This document shows positions 9,433-18,198 of a DNA stretch of 53,750 nt, one piece after another. Positions within the stretch are counted from its first letter, which is position 1. Each line of letters begins with the position of its first letter. This DNA is from Thermodesulfovibrionales bacterium. Its GTDB lineage: Bacteria; Nitrospirota; Thermodesulfovibrionia; Thermodesulfovibrionales; CALJEL01. Under the pieces are notes generated by a model. It was given only the letters and a program-made list of their open reading frames with translations, did no database searches and was not told where the DNA came from. Location: the NCBI GenBank assembly GCA_041082235.1, contig JBDOIG010000308.1, forward strand, positions 1-53,750. The letters are read 5' to 3'. Made by a program: the position numbers and the translations under genes.

Positions 9433-9669
9433 ATGAAAGAAAGTTGTCCAGGAAGCAGAGAGATAAGGAATCCCTATCCTGAGTCCCTTATCTGTCCATT
9501 CTGCCTTAAGGAAAATGAGATATGGTCAGATGAGGTGGAGATTGAGTGCAAGGGATGCGGAAAAACGATATCAAGGGATATGAAGCCTAATTGTATCCTC
9601 TGGTGTCCTGCTGCGAGACAGTGTGTGGGTGCTGAAAAGTATGAGAGGCTTGTTAAGGCAATGAAGTAA
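9433..9669 (+). CDS. Small cysteine-rich metal-binding protein (8 Cys; Zn-ribbon or Fe-S)
   Basis: CPG...CPFC...EIWSDE...CKGCG...CILWCPAARQC pattern in 78 aa; followed by a terminator hairpin. Confidence 0.8.
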   Translation: MKESCPGSREIRNPYPESLICPFCLKENEIWSDEVEIECKGCGKTISRDMKPNCILWCPAARQCVGAEKYERLVKAMK

Positions 9670-9677
9670 TTAAGGAG

Positions 9678-9698
9678 AGGGAGGGCTTAGCCCTCCCT
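9678..9698. terminator. Hairpin between convergent genes, probable bidirectional terminator
   Basis: AGGGAGGGC-TTA-GCCCTCCCT perfect 9-bp stem; U-tracts are weak. Confidence 0.65.
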
Positions 9699-9709
9699 GT
9701 AAATCTTCC

Positions 9710-9871
9710 TTAGTGTTCTCCAGGGAAATATGTGTAACTGACCCACACAAGGATGCCCAGAAGTATCACACCAAGCACTATGCTCCATGCAACCAGTTTT
9801 TTTTCAACTGGCAGAAATTCCTCATATTCCATCTTTTTTAATTCTTCTGCCAGTTTTGTTTCTTCAGGCAT
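9710..9871 (-). CDS. 53-aa single-pass membrane protein downstream of the YeiH-like transporter (not in the ORF track)
   Basis: Hand translation MPEETKLAEELKKMEYEEFLPVEKKLVAWSIVLGVILLGILVWVSYTYFPGEH; strong SD AAGGAGGTG just upstream. Confidence 0.85.
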   Translation of the reverse strand: MPEETKLAEELKKMEYEEFLPVEKKLVAWSIVLGVILLGILVWVSYTYFPGEH

Positions 9872-9927
9872 ATGCACCTCCTTATTTCTGTTATAAGGTA
9901 AAAACTTATGTTCAAACTCTTACCACA

Positions 9928-11670
9928 CTACCCTCCAATCACAGGTGGTTTTACACCATGGAAGAATATCCATGAGATAAATAACCCTATCCAGATAATG
10001 AACCCGAAGAGACAGAGCAGATAAACTGCTGCCAGTTTCCCTATACCTTCTTCCCATAGTTTTTTGAAATTGGATACAACACCTATTGTGAAGAAGGTAA
10101 GCACAAAGAACAATACCCTGAAGATATTGCTTTCAGCTGTAGATGTGTTTGCCATTTCCTTGGTCTTCTTAGGTTCTTTAATCTGTGATTCAAGGTCTTT
10201 TATCCTGTTTTTCTTTGCATTTATCTGTTCATTTATCGCAGATTGCTGTGCTGGTACTTTAATCTCAGCTAATTGTTTTTCTAACATTGTAATCTCTTTC
10301 TTTATGCCTTTTATCTCCTTCTCAACTGGGTCAAGTGCCCTTGATGCAGGCAGTGCTACTGCAAGCATGATAAGGAATGTCAGGCCGTATCCGAGGACAA
10401 ATTTCGGGAACCTGTGCCATATCTCTGCTGCCCTGACCTTTTCTCCGGGCTTGCATTCTATCTTGGCACACCAGATAATTGCAAGGACAAATGCCCATAC
10501 CCCGATAAAGATATCTATAAATATCTTTGTGGTGGTAGCTGCCATTGTCATCCAGCCCTCTTCATACTGTATCCCCGCTGCTGTAAATGCCTTTGCCCTT
10601 ATAAGGGAATCTGTGATTCCACCACTTGCTACTGCTGCTCCATCTGTCTTAACAGCAAGGCCCATCCATGCACCAGCAACCATGGGTTCCTTCCATAAAG
10701 CTGTCTGGGCAAGGAATGGAAGGATAATCAGCTCAACAACAGCAAAGATAACCACAAGGGAAGATACCATTATAGGTACTATAGGTCTTGCCCTGATAGC
10801 TCCTCCAGTAGCTATTGCCGCTGAAACACCGCAGATGGATATACCTGATGCAAGAGGAGCAGCCCACTCCCTGCTGAACTTGAAGTATTTTCTGGCAATA
10901 AAGTATACAAGCGCCCAGTAGATCAGATATGCCTCTATGATGGCGCATAGACCTCTGAACATAACTGCAGTTGCAAGCCCAAGAGCGCCCGCTGCCTTTA
11001 CCCCTAAGGCTGCACCGAGGATCACGATAGCTGTCTTAATATATAGCTCAGGTCTCACCGCCTCTTTAAGGAAGTTCGCAAATCCAGGCATGAAATTACC
11101 GATAAAGAGCCCAGCAAGAAGTGCTATAATCAGACCAGCCTCACCTGAAAGCCTCAATGACCAGGGGATTCCTGCCTTTTCAGGCTGAAGCGCTGCAATA
11201 TAGGCATAATGGCCCAGGAGGAAACAGATATAACTTATCCAGAACACAATGGTGAATGACACGATAAATTTTCCTATATTCGCCCTCAACGCCGCTGCTC
11301 CGATAGTCATCAGCACGAGCAAAAATAGATAGGTGAGTATAATGGATGTTAAACCAGACATCCCCTTTTTCTCATACTTTCCACCAACAGTAAGCCCTGT
11401 GGTATCTTCAACAGTAATAGTCTCTTCTTTCCCATCGGCCTTCTTGATCGTGACCTTATTGCCCTCTATCTTTGTTATGTCACCCTGTAAGGTCTGATAT
11501 TTTTTGGCTATGGGAGCAATTGATTTTGAGATAGTCTTCCACTGCTTGGTATTTGCTGCCCAGCCAAGGATATCAACCCCTGCAAATATACCGAGCGACA
11601 GAAGGAAGACAATCAACCCGAGGATAAAGGATAGCCAGTCTTCACTTATACCCTGCTTCTTTTCCTCCAT
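9928..11670 (-). CDS. YeiH/UPF0324 family (putative sulfate exporter) membrane protein
   Basis: LASGISICGVSAAIAT signature, many TM helices, SD AAGGAGG. Confidence 0.85.
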   Translation of the reverse strand: MEEKKQGISEDWLSFILGLIVFLLSLGIFAGVDILGWAANTKQWKTISKSIAPIAKKYQTLQGDITKIEGNKVTIKKADGKEETITVEDTTGLTVGGKYEKKGMSGLTSIILTYLFLLVLMTIGAAALRANIGKFIVSFTIVFWISYICFLLGHYAYIAALQPEKAGIPWSLRLSGEAGLIIALLAGLFIGNFMPGFANFLKEAVRPELYIKTAIVILGAALGVKAAGALGLATAVMFRGLCAIIEAYLIYWALVYFIARKYFKFSREWAAPLASGISICGVSAAIATGGAIRARPIVPIMVSSLVVIFAVVELIILPFLAQTALWKEPMVAGAWMGLAVKTDGAAVASGGITDSLIRAKAFTAAGIQYEEGWMTMAATTTKIFIDIFIGVWAFVLAIIWCAKIECKPGEKVRAAEIWHRFPKFVLGYGLTFLIMLAVALPASRALDPVEKEIKGIKKEITMLEKQLAEIKVPAQQSAINEQINAKKNRIKDLESQIKEPKKTKEMANTSTAESNIFRVLFFVLTFFTIGVVSNFKKLWEEGIGKLAAVYLLCLFGFIIWIGLFISWIFFHGVKPPVIGG

Positions 11671-11841
11671 ACTTAACCTCCTTATAAATTTTTAACTTAA
11701 AAAAGGACTGCTTGAGTTTCAATTCTGCCTTATGTCATGACATCACCTCCTTTTTGAATATAGGCCTGTTCAGTAATTCTCTTGAGACTAATGGTTAACT
11801 TTCGCTTTCAACACAACTGCATAAAAATCTTTAAGAAAGAT

Positions 11842-11857
11842 AGCAACTTCAATGCCA
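11842..11857 (-). promoter_or_regulatory. Sigma-54 (-24/-12) promoter for the YeiH-like operon
   Basis: Minus strand reads TGGCATTGAAGTTGCT (GG-N10-GC); next to a sigma-54 activator gene. Confidence 0.85.
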
Positions 11858-11908
11858 TTTCATAAGTCTTGGAAAAATAAAGAATTAATTTTAGTGGGGG
11901 GTTATCTG

Positions 11909-11958
11909 TGTAGCAGAATCGGAACAAAAAAATTAGAGGCCGTTACCGGATGGGAACA
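11909..11958. promoter_or_regulatory. Two putative enhancer (UAS) sites for the sigma-54 activator
   Basis: TGTAGCAGAATCGGAACA (11909-11926) and CGTTACCGGATGGGAACA (11941-11958), offset by 32 bp, upstream of the -24/-12 box. Confidence 0.55.
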
Positions 11959-13320
11959 TTAAAGACTGTCTATCCCGTATTCCTTAAGCTTCTTCCACAA
12001 GACCTTTCTACTGATCCCAAGCCTTTTTGCAGCCTCAATACGTCTTCCCCCTGTCTCTCGTAACGTATTCATGATGAGTTTTTTTTCAAAGGAACTCAGG
12101 CATTGCTGGAGGGAAAGTTTAGTTGAAAGGCACTTATCTTCAATTTTTGAATCAGGGATAAATTCCTCAGGCAGATTCTTTATATCTATAAGTCCATTCA
12201 TAGAAAGCAGCACTGCCCTTTCAATAGCATGTTTGAGCTCCCTTACATTGCCTGGATATTGATATGAAAGAAGCGCCTCATAGGCTGCTGGAGAGACCTT
12301 AAGACCTGATTTTGAATATTTCTTCTGAAAATATTCAATAAAATGTTCTATCAGATGAGGGATATCCTCTTTTCGTTCCCTTAATGGAGGTATATAAATG
12401 GGAACCACATTGATCCTGTAATAGAGGTCCTCTCTGAACTTGCCCTCTTTGATGAGTTCCTTAAGATTCTTACCAGTCGCATAGATACATCTTACATCTA
12501 TCCTGATAGGTTCCCTTCCTCCAAGACGGGTAATCGTGCTATCCTCAAGCACCCTTAAAAGCTTTGCCTGAAGCTGAAGAGGCATATCACCAATCTCATC
12601 AAAGAAGATAGTACCACCGCTGGCCAGCTCAAACCTTCCTTTCTTTGTATCTGTGGCACCTGTAAAGGCTCCTCTTTCATGACCGAATAGCTCTGATTCA
12701 AAAAGAGTCTCAGGGATAGCAGCACAATTGATCTTTATATAAGGGCCACCTTTTCTATGGCTTCTGTTATGAATAGCATTTGCTACAAGTTCTTTCCCTG
12801 TACCACTCTCACCCTGAATAAGAACAGGCACATCAGTACAGGCTATTGCCTCTATCCTGTCAAATATCTCCTTCATAGCAGGGCTTACTCCGATAAGTCT
12901 CTCGTAGGTCGTCTCTTTAATAGATTCTCTGAGCCGTATCACCTCTTTTTCAAGTCTTCTGAAGTTCAGAAATCTCTCTATCACAAGAAGGAGTTCTTCA
13001 TTTGAAAAGGGCTTCGCAATGTAATCAAAGGCGCCGTCCTTTATTGCCTGAACAGCTGTCTTTACCTCAGCAAAGGCGGTTATTATTATTACACCTGTAT
13101 CAGGATATCTTGACTTTACCTCTTTTAATATTAATAAACCATCCTTGCCAGGGAGTTTAAGGTCCGTTATCACTATATCAAAATCATGTTCTTTAAGAAT
13201 CTCAATAGCCCTGTCTCCATTATCACATTCCTTTACAACAAAACCCGTGGAACTGAGGAAATGGCTCATTCCGAGCCTCATAGCAGGATCATCTTCTATG
13301 AGTAAAATCTTTTCCTTCAT
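11959..13320 (-). CDS. Sigma-54-dependent response regulator (NtrC/AtoC family)
   Basis: Receiver domain, GESGTGKE, GAFTGA, C-terminal Fis-type HTH. Confidence 0.95.
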   Translation of the reverse strand: MKEKILLIEDDPAMRLGMSHFLSSTGFVVKECDNGDRAIEILKEHDFDIVITDLKLPGKDGLLILKEVKSRYPDTGVIIITAFAEVKTAVQAIKDGAFDYIAKPFSNEELLLVIERFLNFRRLEKEVIRLRESIKETTYERLIGVSPAMKEIFDRIEAIACTDVPVLIQGESGTGKELVANAIHNRSHRKGGPYIKINCAAIPETLFESELFGHERGAFTGATDTKKGRFELASGGTIFFDEIGDMPLQLQAKLLRVLEDSTITRLGGREPIRIDVRCIYATGKNLKELIKEGKFREDLYYRINVVPIYIPPLRERKEDIPHLIEHFIEYFQKKYSKSGLKVSPAAYEALLSYQYPGNVRELKHAIERAVLLSMNGLIDIKNLPEEFIPDSKIEDKCLSTKLSLQQCLSSFEKKLIMNTLRETGGRRIEAAKRLGISRKVLWKKLKEYGIDSL

Positions 13321-15251
13321 TGTGACTCAGGTAATTCTACTATAAAGGTAGTACCTCTTTCTGAGGTTTTTACATGTATTGCTCCATTATGTTGCTCCAC
13401 AATGGACTTGCTTACAGAAAGGCCAAGACCAGTTCCTTCACCCACAGGCTTTGTGGTAAAAAATGGATCAAATATCTTTGGCAATATCTCATCAGGTATC
13501 CCGGGACCAGTATCACTAAAGGAGACCAGGCACTTTCCATTCTCAGAAGATGTCTTTATGACAAGTGTCCCCTTCTGGCCATCCATTGCCTGGACTGCAT
13601 TTAATATTATATTAAGAAATACCTGTTCCATCTTATTCCTGTCAACCCTGACTTCTGGAACATCCTTTGTAAATTCCTTTATAACCATTATGCCCCTTTT
13701 TGTGATAATGTATTCCATAAGTCTCAAGACATTTTCTATGAGTTCATTCACGGATGAATATGTCATAACAAGCTCTGTCTGCTTTGAAAAATCAAGAAGC
13801 TGTCTTATTATATCCTGTATCTTCTGCAGGCCTGTATTAATAACCTCTATATGTTTCTGACGAGTCTCTTCATCCATATCTGTTGAAATCAGATTATTAA
13901 AACAGAGCCGTATACCTCCAAGGGGATTGTTGATCTCATGGGCAAGCCCAGCGGAGAGCTGTCCTATTGCAGCAAGTTTCTCTGTTATCCTCATCTGCTC
14001 TTCCATCTGTTTCCTTTCTGTTATATCCTTAACATAATGAACTGCCTTTATAACCTCTCCTTTATCATTAAATATAGGATAGAGATGAATGTAATAATGT
14101 CTTCCTGTTTCATCTTCCCAGTATTCAGATAAAGGTCTTTTTTCTTCTTTTAGCCTCTTCAAGAAACAGACAGGACATATTGTGTCAGGGTCACAATTTT
14201 CAGGCTCGCATTTTTCCTTGAAAACAGCCCTGATGCCCTTTGTCATCCATTCTCTATAGGCGCTATTGGTAAGTTCAACAGTACAGTCAGGTGCAATTAA
14301 GGCAAGTGGATCTGATATGCCCTCAAAGATTGTTTTTAAGGTCTCTGCATGCTTTCTCATAGCCTCCTGTGCCTCATAAAGATACCGTGACATCTGATTA
14401 AATGAAGTTATCAGCTCTCCTATCTCATCCTTTGATTGAACAGGTATATTCTGATTCAGCGGTTCTGTACCATCTACTATATTTTTAAATATACCTGTCA
14501 GTCTTCCAAGGGGTCTGCTCACAAGACTCCAGAATGCGCCCTGAAGGGATAGGAACAGGAAAAAAAGTGATATTATCCCGAATACAAAAGTTGAGATGGC
14601 GATACCCTTTATCTCACCAAGGGTGGTTGCAAGTGGCACAGCTACTGATTCCACCCCCATTACATCTCCCTCATTCCAGTAAAAATCTTTTGTCCTATTG
14701 TATTTCTTTACAAGGGATTTAGGGGCATCCTTTAGTTTCCCATGACATACAAGACAACTCTTTTCAACAACAACTGGCTTTGCCCTGATAAGATACTCCT
14801 GACCACTGTCATTTATGATGCCATTCCATGTAGTTTTTTCCCTATTTTTATTGAAAAATTCTATAAGTCTTCTATGAAGTTCATCAGCCGTATTCTTTGG
14901 ATTTAACGGGTTTATTGAAACCCTTTTGTAGATGTAATCTCCAAGCTCATTGTTAAATCTTTTCATCACACTGAATCTTACATGAGTAGTTGACATTGCC
15001 TCAACTATAAAGTCATCCCTTCTGCTGCCATGAAGGATATTAAACATGGCAGGTCTTAGCTCTTCCTTAACATAATCACCAACTGCATCAATCTGGGCAA
15101 GGATTATCCTTGTCTTTTCGCTGGCATCCTCAAGAACCCTTTCTTTGAGATGATAATAGAGGATTACAGAGAAGATAATGCAAAAAACAATCAGTATAAG
15201 GGCTATAGCAAGTGTGAATTTTGTGCTTAGTGAAAGGTTTTTTAACCTCAT
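13317..15251 (-). CDS. Sensor histidine kinase with a periplasmic c-type heme domain (DUF3365-like), HAMP and PAS domains
   Basis: Two TM segments around a domain with CLVCH; HAMP (DEIGEL); AHEINNPL H-box; DPFFTTK and GTGLGL. Confidence 0.9.
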   Translation of the reverse strand: MRLKNLSLSTKFTLAIALILIVFCIIFSVILYYHLKERVLEDASEKTRIILAQIDAVGDYVKEELRPAMFNILHGSRRDDFIVEAMSTTHVRFSVMKRFNNELGDYIYKRVSINPLNPKNTADELHRRLIEFFNKNREKTTWNGIINDSGQEYLIRAKPVVVEKSCLVCHGKLKDAPKSLVKKYNRTKDFYWNEGDVMGVESVAVPLATTLGEIKGIAISTFVFGIISLFFLFLSLQGAFWSLVSRPLGRLTGIFKNIVDGTEPLNQNIPVQSKDEIGELITSFNQMSRYLYEAQEAMRKHAETLKTIFEGISDPLALIAPDCTVELTNSAYREWMTKGIRAVFKEKCEPENCDPDTICPVCFLKRLKEEKRPLSEYWEDETGRHYYIHLYPIFNDKGEVIKAVHYVKDITERKQMEEQMRITEKLAAIGQLSAGLAHEINNPLGGIRLCFNNLISTDMDEETRQKHIEVINTGLQKIQDIIRQLLDFSKQTELVMTYSSVNELIENVLRLMEYIITKRGIMVIKEFTKDVPEVRVDRNKMEQVFLNIILNAVQAMDGQKGTLVIKTSSENGKCLVSFSDTGPGIPDEILPKIFDPFFTTKPVGEGTGLGLSVSKSIVEQHNGAIHVKTSERGTTFIVELPESQ

Positions 15252-15438
15252 CTTTGTTTAATTTTAATAAATGTATATATATTTAAGCAAGAAAGAGGTT
15301 CCTTCCCGTAACCCGCTGAGATGACTTCCTTAATCAAAAGGTGAGCTGTTTCATGAACAGGGAATCTTGATCTAAAGGGACCTCTGGCAGAGGAGCTGCC
15401 AGAATCCATGATTTTCTGATATTGCTTCTTTTTGAATA

Positions 15439-15660
15439 CGGTGATTTGCCGATAGAAAATGGGCAGTCTGCCTCAAAGCCTTTACAAAGCGACGATTTTT
15501 ATTTATTATGTAACAAGAGGTTTTTCACCAGATGGTGAAGTTAGATATATATAGCAAGCTGATTAATAACCTTACATTAAGGTGTCGCAGGTAAAGTCCT
15601 TTCAGCATTCTGCCCATTTATTTAAAGCGGATTTGGTACATTCTATCGGCGATTTGAGGT
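15439..15660 (-). repeat. Short form of the nested palindromic element (copy E; core inverted relative to B/C/D)
   Basis: Inner IR AAATGGGCAG (15457-15466) / CTGCCCATTT (15610-15619); outer IR TTGCCGATAGAA / TTCTATCGGCGA; reverse complement contains GCGACACCTTAATGTAA as at 8195. Confidence 0.85.
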
Positions 15661-15733
15661 GAATACTATATGTAAGATTTTAATCTGCGATTTTTGTTAT
15701 AATATTTAAATTTATTACATATGGAGGTATGGT

Positions 15734-16021
15734 TTGAAGGTATCAGAACAGGCAATTGAGAGATTTAAAAAGATACTGAGAGAATCAAAGGCAGAGGATG
15801 CAGGGATTAGAATTTTTCTCTCAGGTGGTTGAAGGCCATCTCTGGCTATGGACATAGCCAAAGAACCTTATGCAACTGACAGCGCTATGGAATTTGATGG
15901 TCTTAAACTCTATCTTGATATGTGGGCACAGAATATACTTGCACAGGCAACCATTGATTATTCAGAAGGTTATGGATTTACCATAACAGGTGCCTCAGAA
16001 CCAGGCTCATGCTGTAGTTGA
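15734..16021 (+). CDS. HesB/IscA-like selenoprotein (in-frame UGA read as Sec at codon 33)
   Basis: SD GGAGGT, TTG start; [98 protein letters not shown] at 15830-15832 lies at the first conserved Cys of A-type carriers. Confidence 0.88.
15838..15864 (+). promoter_or_regulatory. Bacterial SECIS-like hairpin
   Basis: TGGCTAT-GGAC-ATAGCCA (15843-15860); the apical loop begins with G, 17 nt after the UGA. Confidence 0.75.
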
Positions 16022-16294
16022 TGAACTTTAAACATTATAACATTTAAGTCTTCGACTGCTTCAGGTTTATTATTCAACAATAAGTATCAGCATCAAGGAT
16101 AAAAGGCGGATATACCTCAAAACAGTTGGCATGGAAGTTTCATTGATAAGACTCCTCTTTTACTCTGTTTTTCTGCACTATAGTATTTAAGGTATAGCTC
16201 TAAAGGCTTTTTTGGCGTGCCATCCTTCCCTGAATAGTTTTTTTAGAGAAGAGGAAAGAAAAATTTAGCTTTATTTAATATGATAAAATAAAAC

Positions 16295-16738
16295 ATGGGC
16301 TTTGAGATTATTGATGTAGCCGGAGATGTTGGAATCAGGGCTGATGGTGGTAAGCTTGAAGAGGTCTTTATAAATGCTGCAAAGGGCTTATACAGTCTAA
16401 TTACTGACACGGATAGTATAAACCTTGAAAAAACCCTGAACATCGAGATCAGGGCTCATAATATAGCCGGGCTTCTGGTCAATTTTTTAAATGAGCTTAT
16501 ATTTCATTTTGATGCCTATGGATTTATTGGAAGGAGCATTGATATAGAAAGTAATATTAATATTAACATTATAAATGAAGAAAACAGGGATCTCTGGCTC
16601 AAAGCTATAATTAAAGGTGAGGACTTTGATCCTGAAAGGCATGAAAGAAGGCTTCTTGTAAAGGCTGCAACTTATCATAAACTCAGGTTTTATAAGGACA
16701 ATGACAGGTGGAAGGTGAACATAATCTTTGATATCTGA
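16295..16738 (+). CDS. Archease
   Basis: N-terminal DVAGDVGI, C-terminal VKAATYH and IFDI; directly upstream of rtcB. Confidence 0.92.
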   Translation: MGFEIIDVAGDVGIRADGGKLEEVFINAAKGLYSLITDTDSINLEKTLNIEIRAHNIAGLLVNFLNELIFHFDAYGFIGRSIDIESNININIINEENRDLWLKAIIKGEDFDPERHERRLLVKAATYHKLRFYKDNDRWKVNIIFDI

Positions 16739-16750
16739 GGAGGTGAGACC

Positions 16751-18196
16751 ATGGCAATAGAGGGTTTAAGAAGGATAGATGAAAACAGGCTTGAAGTCCC
16801 CAGGGATTATAAACCAGGTATGAGGACAAATGGGATAATCTTTGTTGACGAGGAACTTGAAAAAGAGCTTGAAAAAGAGTCCATTGACCAGGTTGCCAAT
16901 GTTGCGACCCTTCCAGGTATAGTTGGCTCATCCCTTGCAATGCCAGATATCCATACAGGTTATGGATTTGCGATCGGAGGTGTGGCAGCCTTTGATATAA
17001 AAGAGGGGGTCATCTCTCCAGGCGGTGTGGGTTATGATATAAACTGCGGGGTAAGGCTTTTAAGAAGCAATCTCACAAAGGAAGAGCTCCTTCCAAAGAT
17101 AAAGGAACTTGTCAATGCCCTCTATAATGAAATACCAACTGGTGTGGGCTCCAGGGGAAAGATAAAGCTTGATTCTTCATCTGAAAAAGAGCTCCTCAAA
17201 AAAGGGGCGAGATGGGCGGTTGAGAATGGCTATGGTGATAGCTCTGATCTTGAGAGGATTGAATCAGGCGGTTGTATTGAAGGAGCAGACCCATCAATAA
17301 TAAGTGACAAGGCCTATGAAAGAGGAAGGGCACAGCAGGGGACACTTGGCTCAGGAAATCACTTTCTTGAGGTGCAGTATGTGGATGAGATATACGATGA
17401 AAAGGCAGCCACAGAGCTGAGTCTTTTTAAAGATCAGATAACAGTGATGATTCATACTGGTTCAAGGGGATTTGGCCATCAGGTATGCACAGACTTTCTT
17501 GAGATAATGGAAAGGGCCGCTAAGAAATATGGTATAGAGCTTACTGATAAGGAGCTTGCCTGTGCCCCTGTGAACAGCCCTGAGGCGCAGGATTATCTTG
17601 CAGCAATGAGGTCTGCTGCCAATTATGCCTGGGCAAACAGGCAGTGTCTGATGCACTGGACAAAGGAATGTTTTATAAAGGTCTTCAACATATCTCCAAG
17701 TGAGCTCGGGCTCACTTTGATTTATGATGTTGCACATAACATTGCAAAGATAGAGGAGCATGTTGTTAATGGTAAGAGGCTGAAACTTGTTGTCCATAGA
17801 AAGGGTGCTACAAGGGCCTTTCCACCAGGGCATCCTGAGCTTCCAGATATATATAAAAGTCTTGGTCAGCCTGTAATAATACCTGGAGATATGGGCAGAT
17901 ATTCCTATCTTCTTCTTGGCACAGAAAAGGCAATGAAGGAGACCTTTGGCTCTACATGCCACGGAGCTGGAAGGCTTCTTTCAAGGCATCAGGCTATTAA
18001 AAAGGCTAAGGGAAGGTCAATATCAAGGGAGATGGAGGATAAAGGCATTATTGTTAGGTCTGCTGGAAGGGAGACCCTTGCTGAGGAGATGTCAGAAGCC
18101 TACAAGGATGTATCAAATGTGGTGGATGTTGTGAACAGGGCTGGTATCTCAAAAAAGATTGCAAGACTCCATCCTATTGGTGTGATAAAGGGATAG
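16751..18196 (+). CDS. rtcB: RNA 3'-phosphate/5'-OH ligase RtcB (archaeal-like type)
   Basis: MPDIHTGYGF, VGYDINCG, GSGNHF, HTGSRG, HRKGAT, HGAGR. Confidence 0.96.
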   Translation: MAIEGLRRIDENRLEVPRDYKPGMRTNGIIFVDEELEKELEKESIDQVANVATLPGIVGSSLAMPDIHTGYGFAIGGVAAFDIKEGVISPGGVGYDINCGVRLLRSNLTKEELLPKIKELVNALYNEIPTGVGSRGKIKLDSSSEKELLKKGARWAVENGYGDSSDLERIESGGCIEGADPSIISDKAYERGRAQQGTLGSGNHFLEVQYVDEIYDEKAATELSLFKDQITVMIHTGSRGFGHQVCTDFLEIMERAAKKYGIELTDKELACAPVNSPEAQDYLAAMRSAANYAWANRQCLMHWTKECFIKVFNISPSELGLTLIYDVAHNIAKIEEHVVNGKRLKLVVHRKGATRAFPPGHPELPDIYKSLGQPVIIPGDMGRYSYLLLGTEKAMKETFGSTCHGAGRLLSRHQAIKKAKGRSISREMEDKGIIVRSAGRETLAEEMSEAYKDVSNVVDVVNRAGISKKIARLHPIGVIKG

Positions 18197-18198
18197 AT

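Noticed and set aside
9787..9975. 62-aa plus-strand ORF
   Set aside because: Overlaps the SD-supported 53-aa gene and the transporter 3' end on the opposite strand
10064..10921. 285-aa plus-strand ORF
   Set aside because: Antisense shadow of the YeiH-like gene with no motifs; the same applies to the other short overlapping ORFs in the track
15336..15404. Cobalamin riboswitch (GGTG...AGGGAA)
   Set aside because: Lacks the CCCGC/ACTGT core and the B12 box
15248..15409. 53-codon minus-strand ORF (MDSGSSSARG...KIKQR) whose stop overlaps the kinase ATG
   Set aside because: No SD, no recognisable protein features, and it runs across the likely kinase promoter (TTGCTT...TAAAAT); probably chance
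16127..16142. Sigma-54-like TGGCATGGAAGTTTCA upstream of archease-rtcB
   Set aside because: The -12 element is TC rather than GC, no rtcR is nearby, and archease has an extended -10 box directly before its ATG
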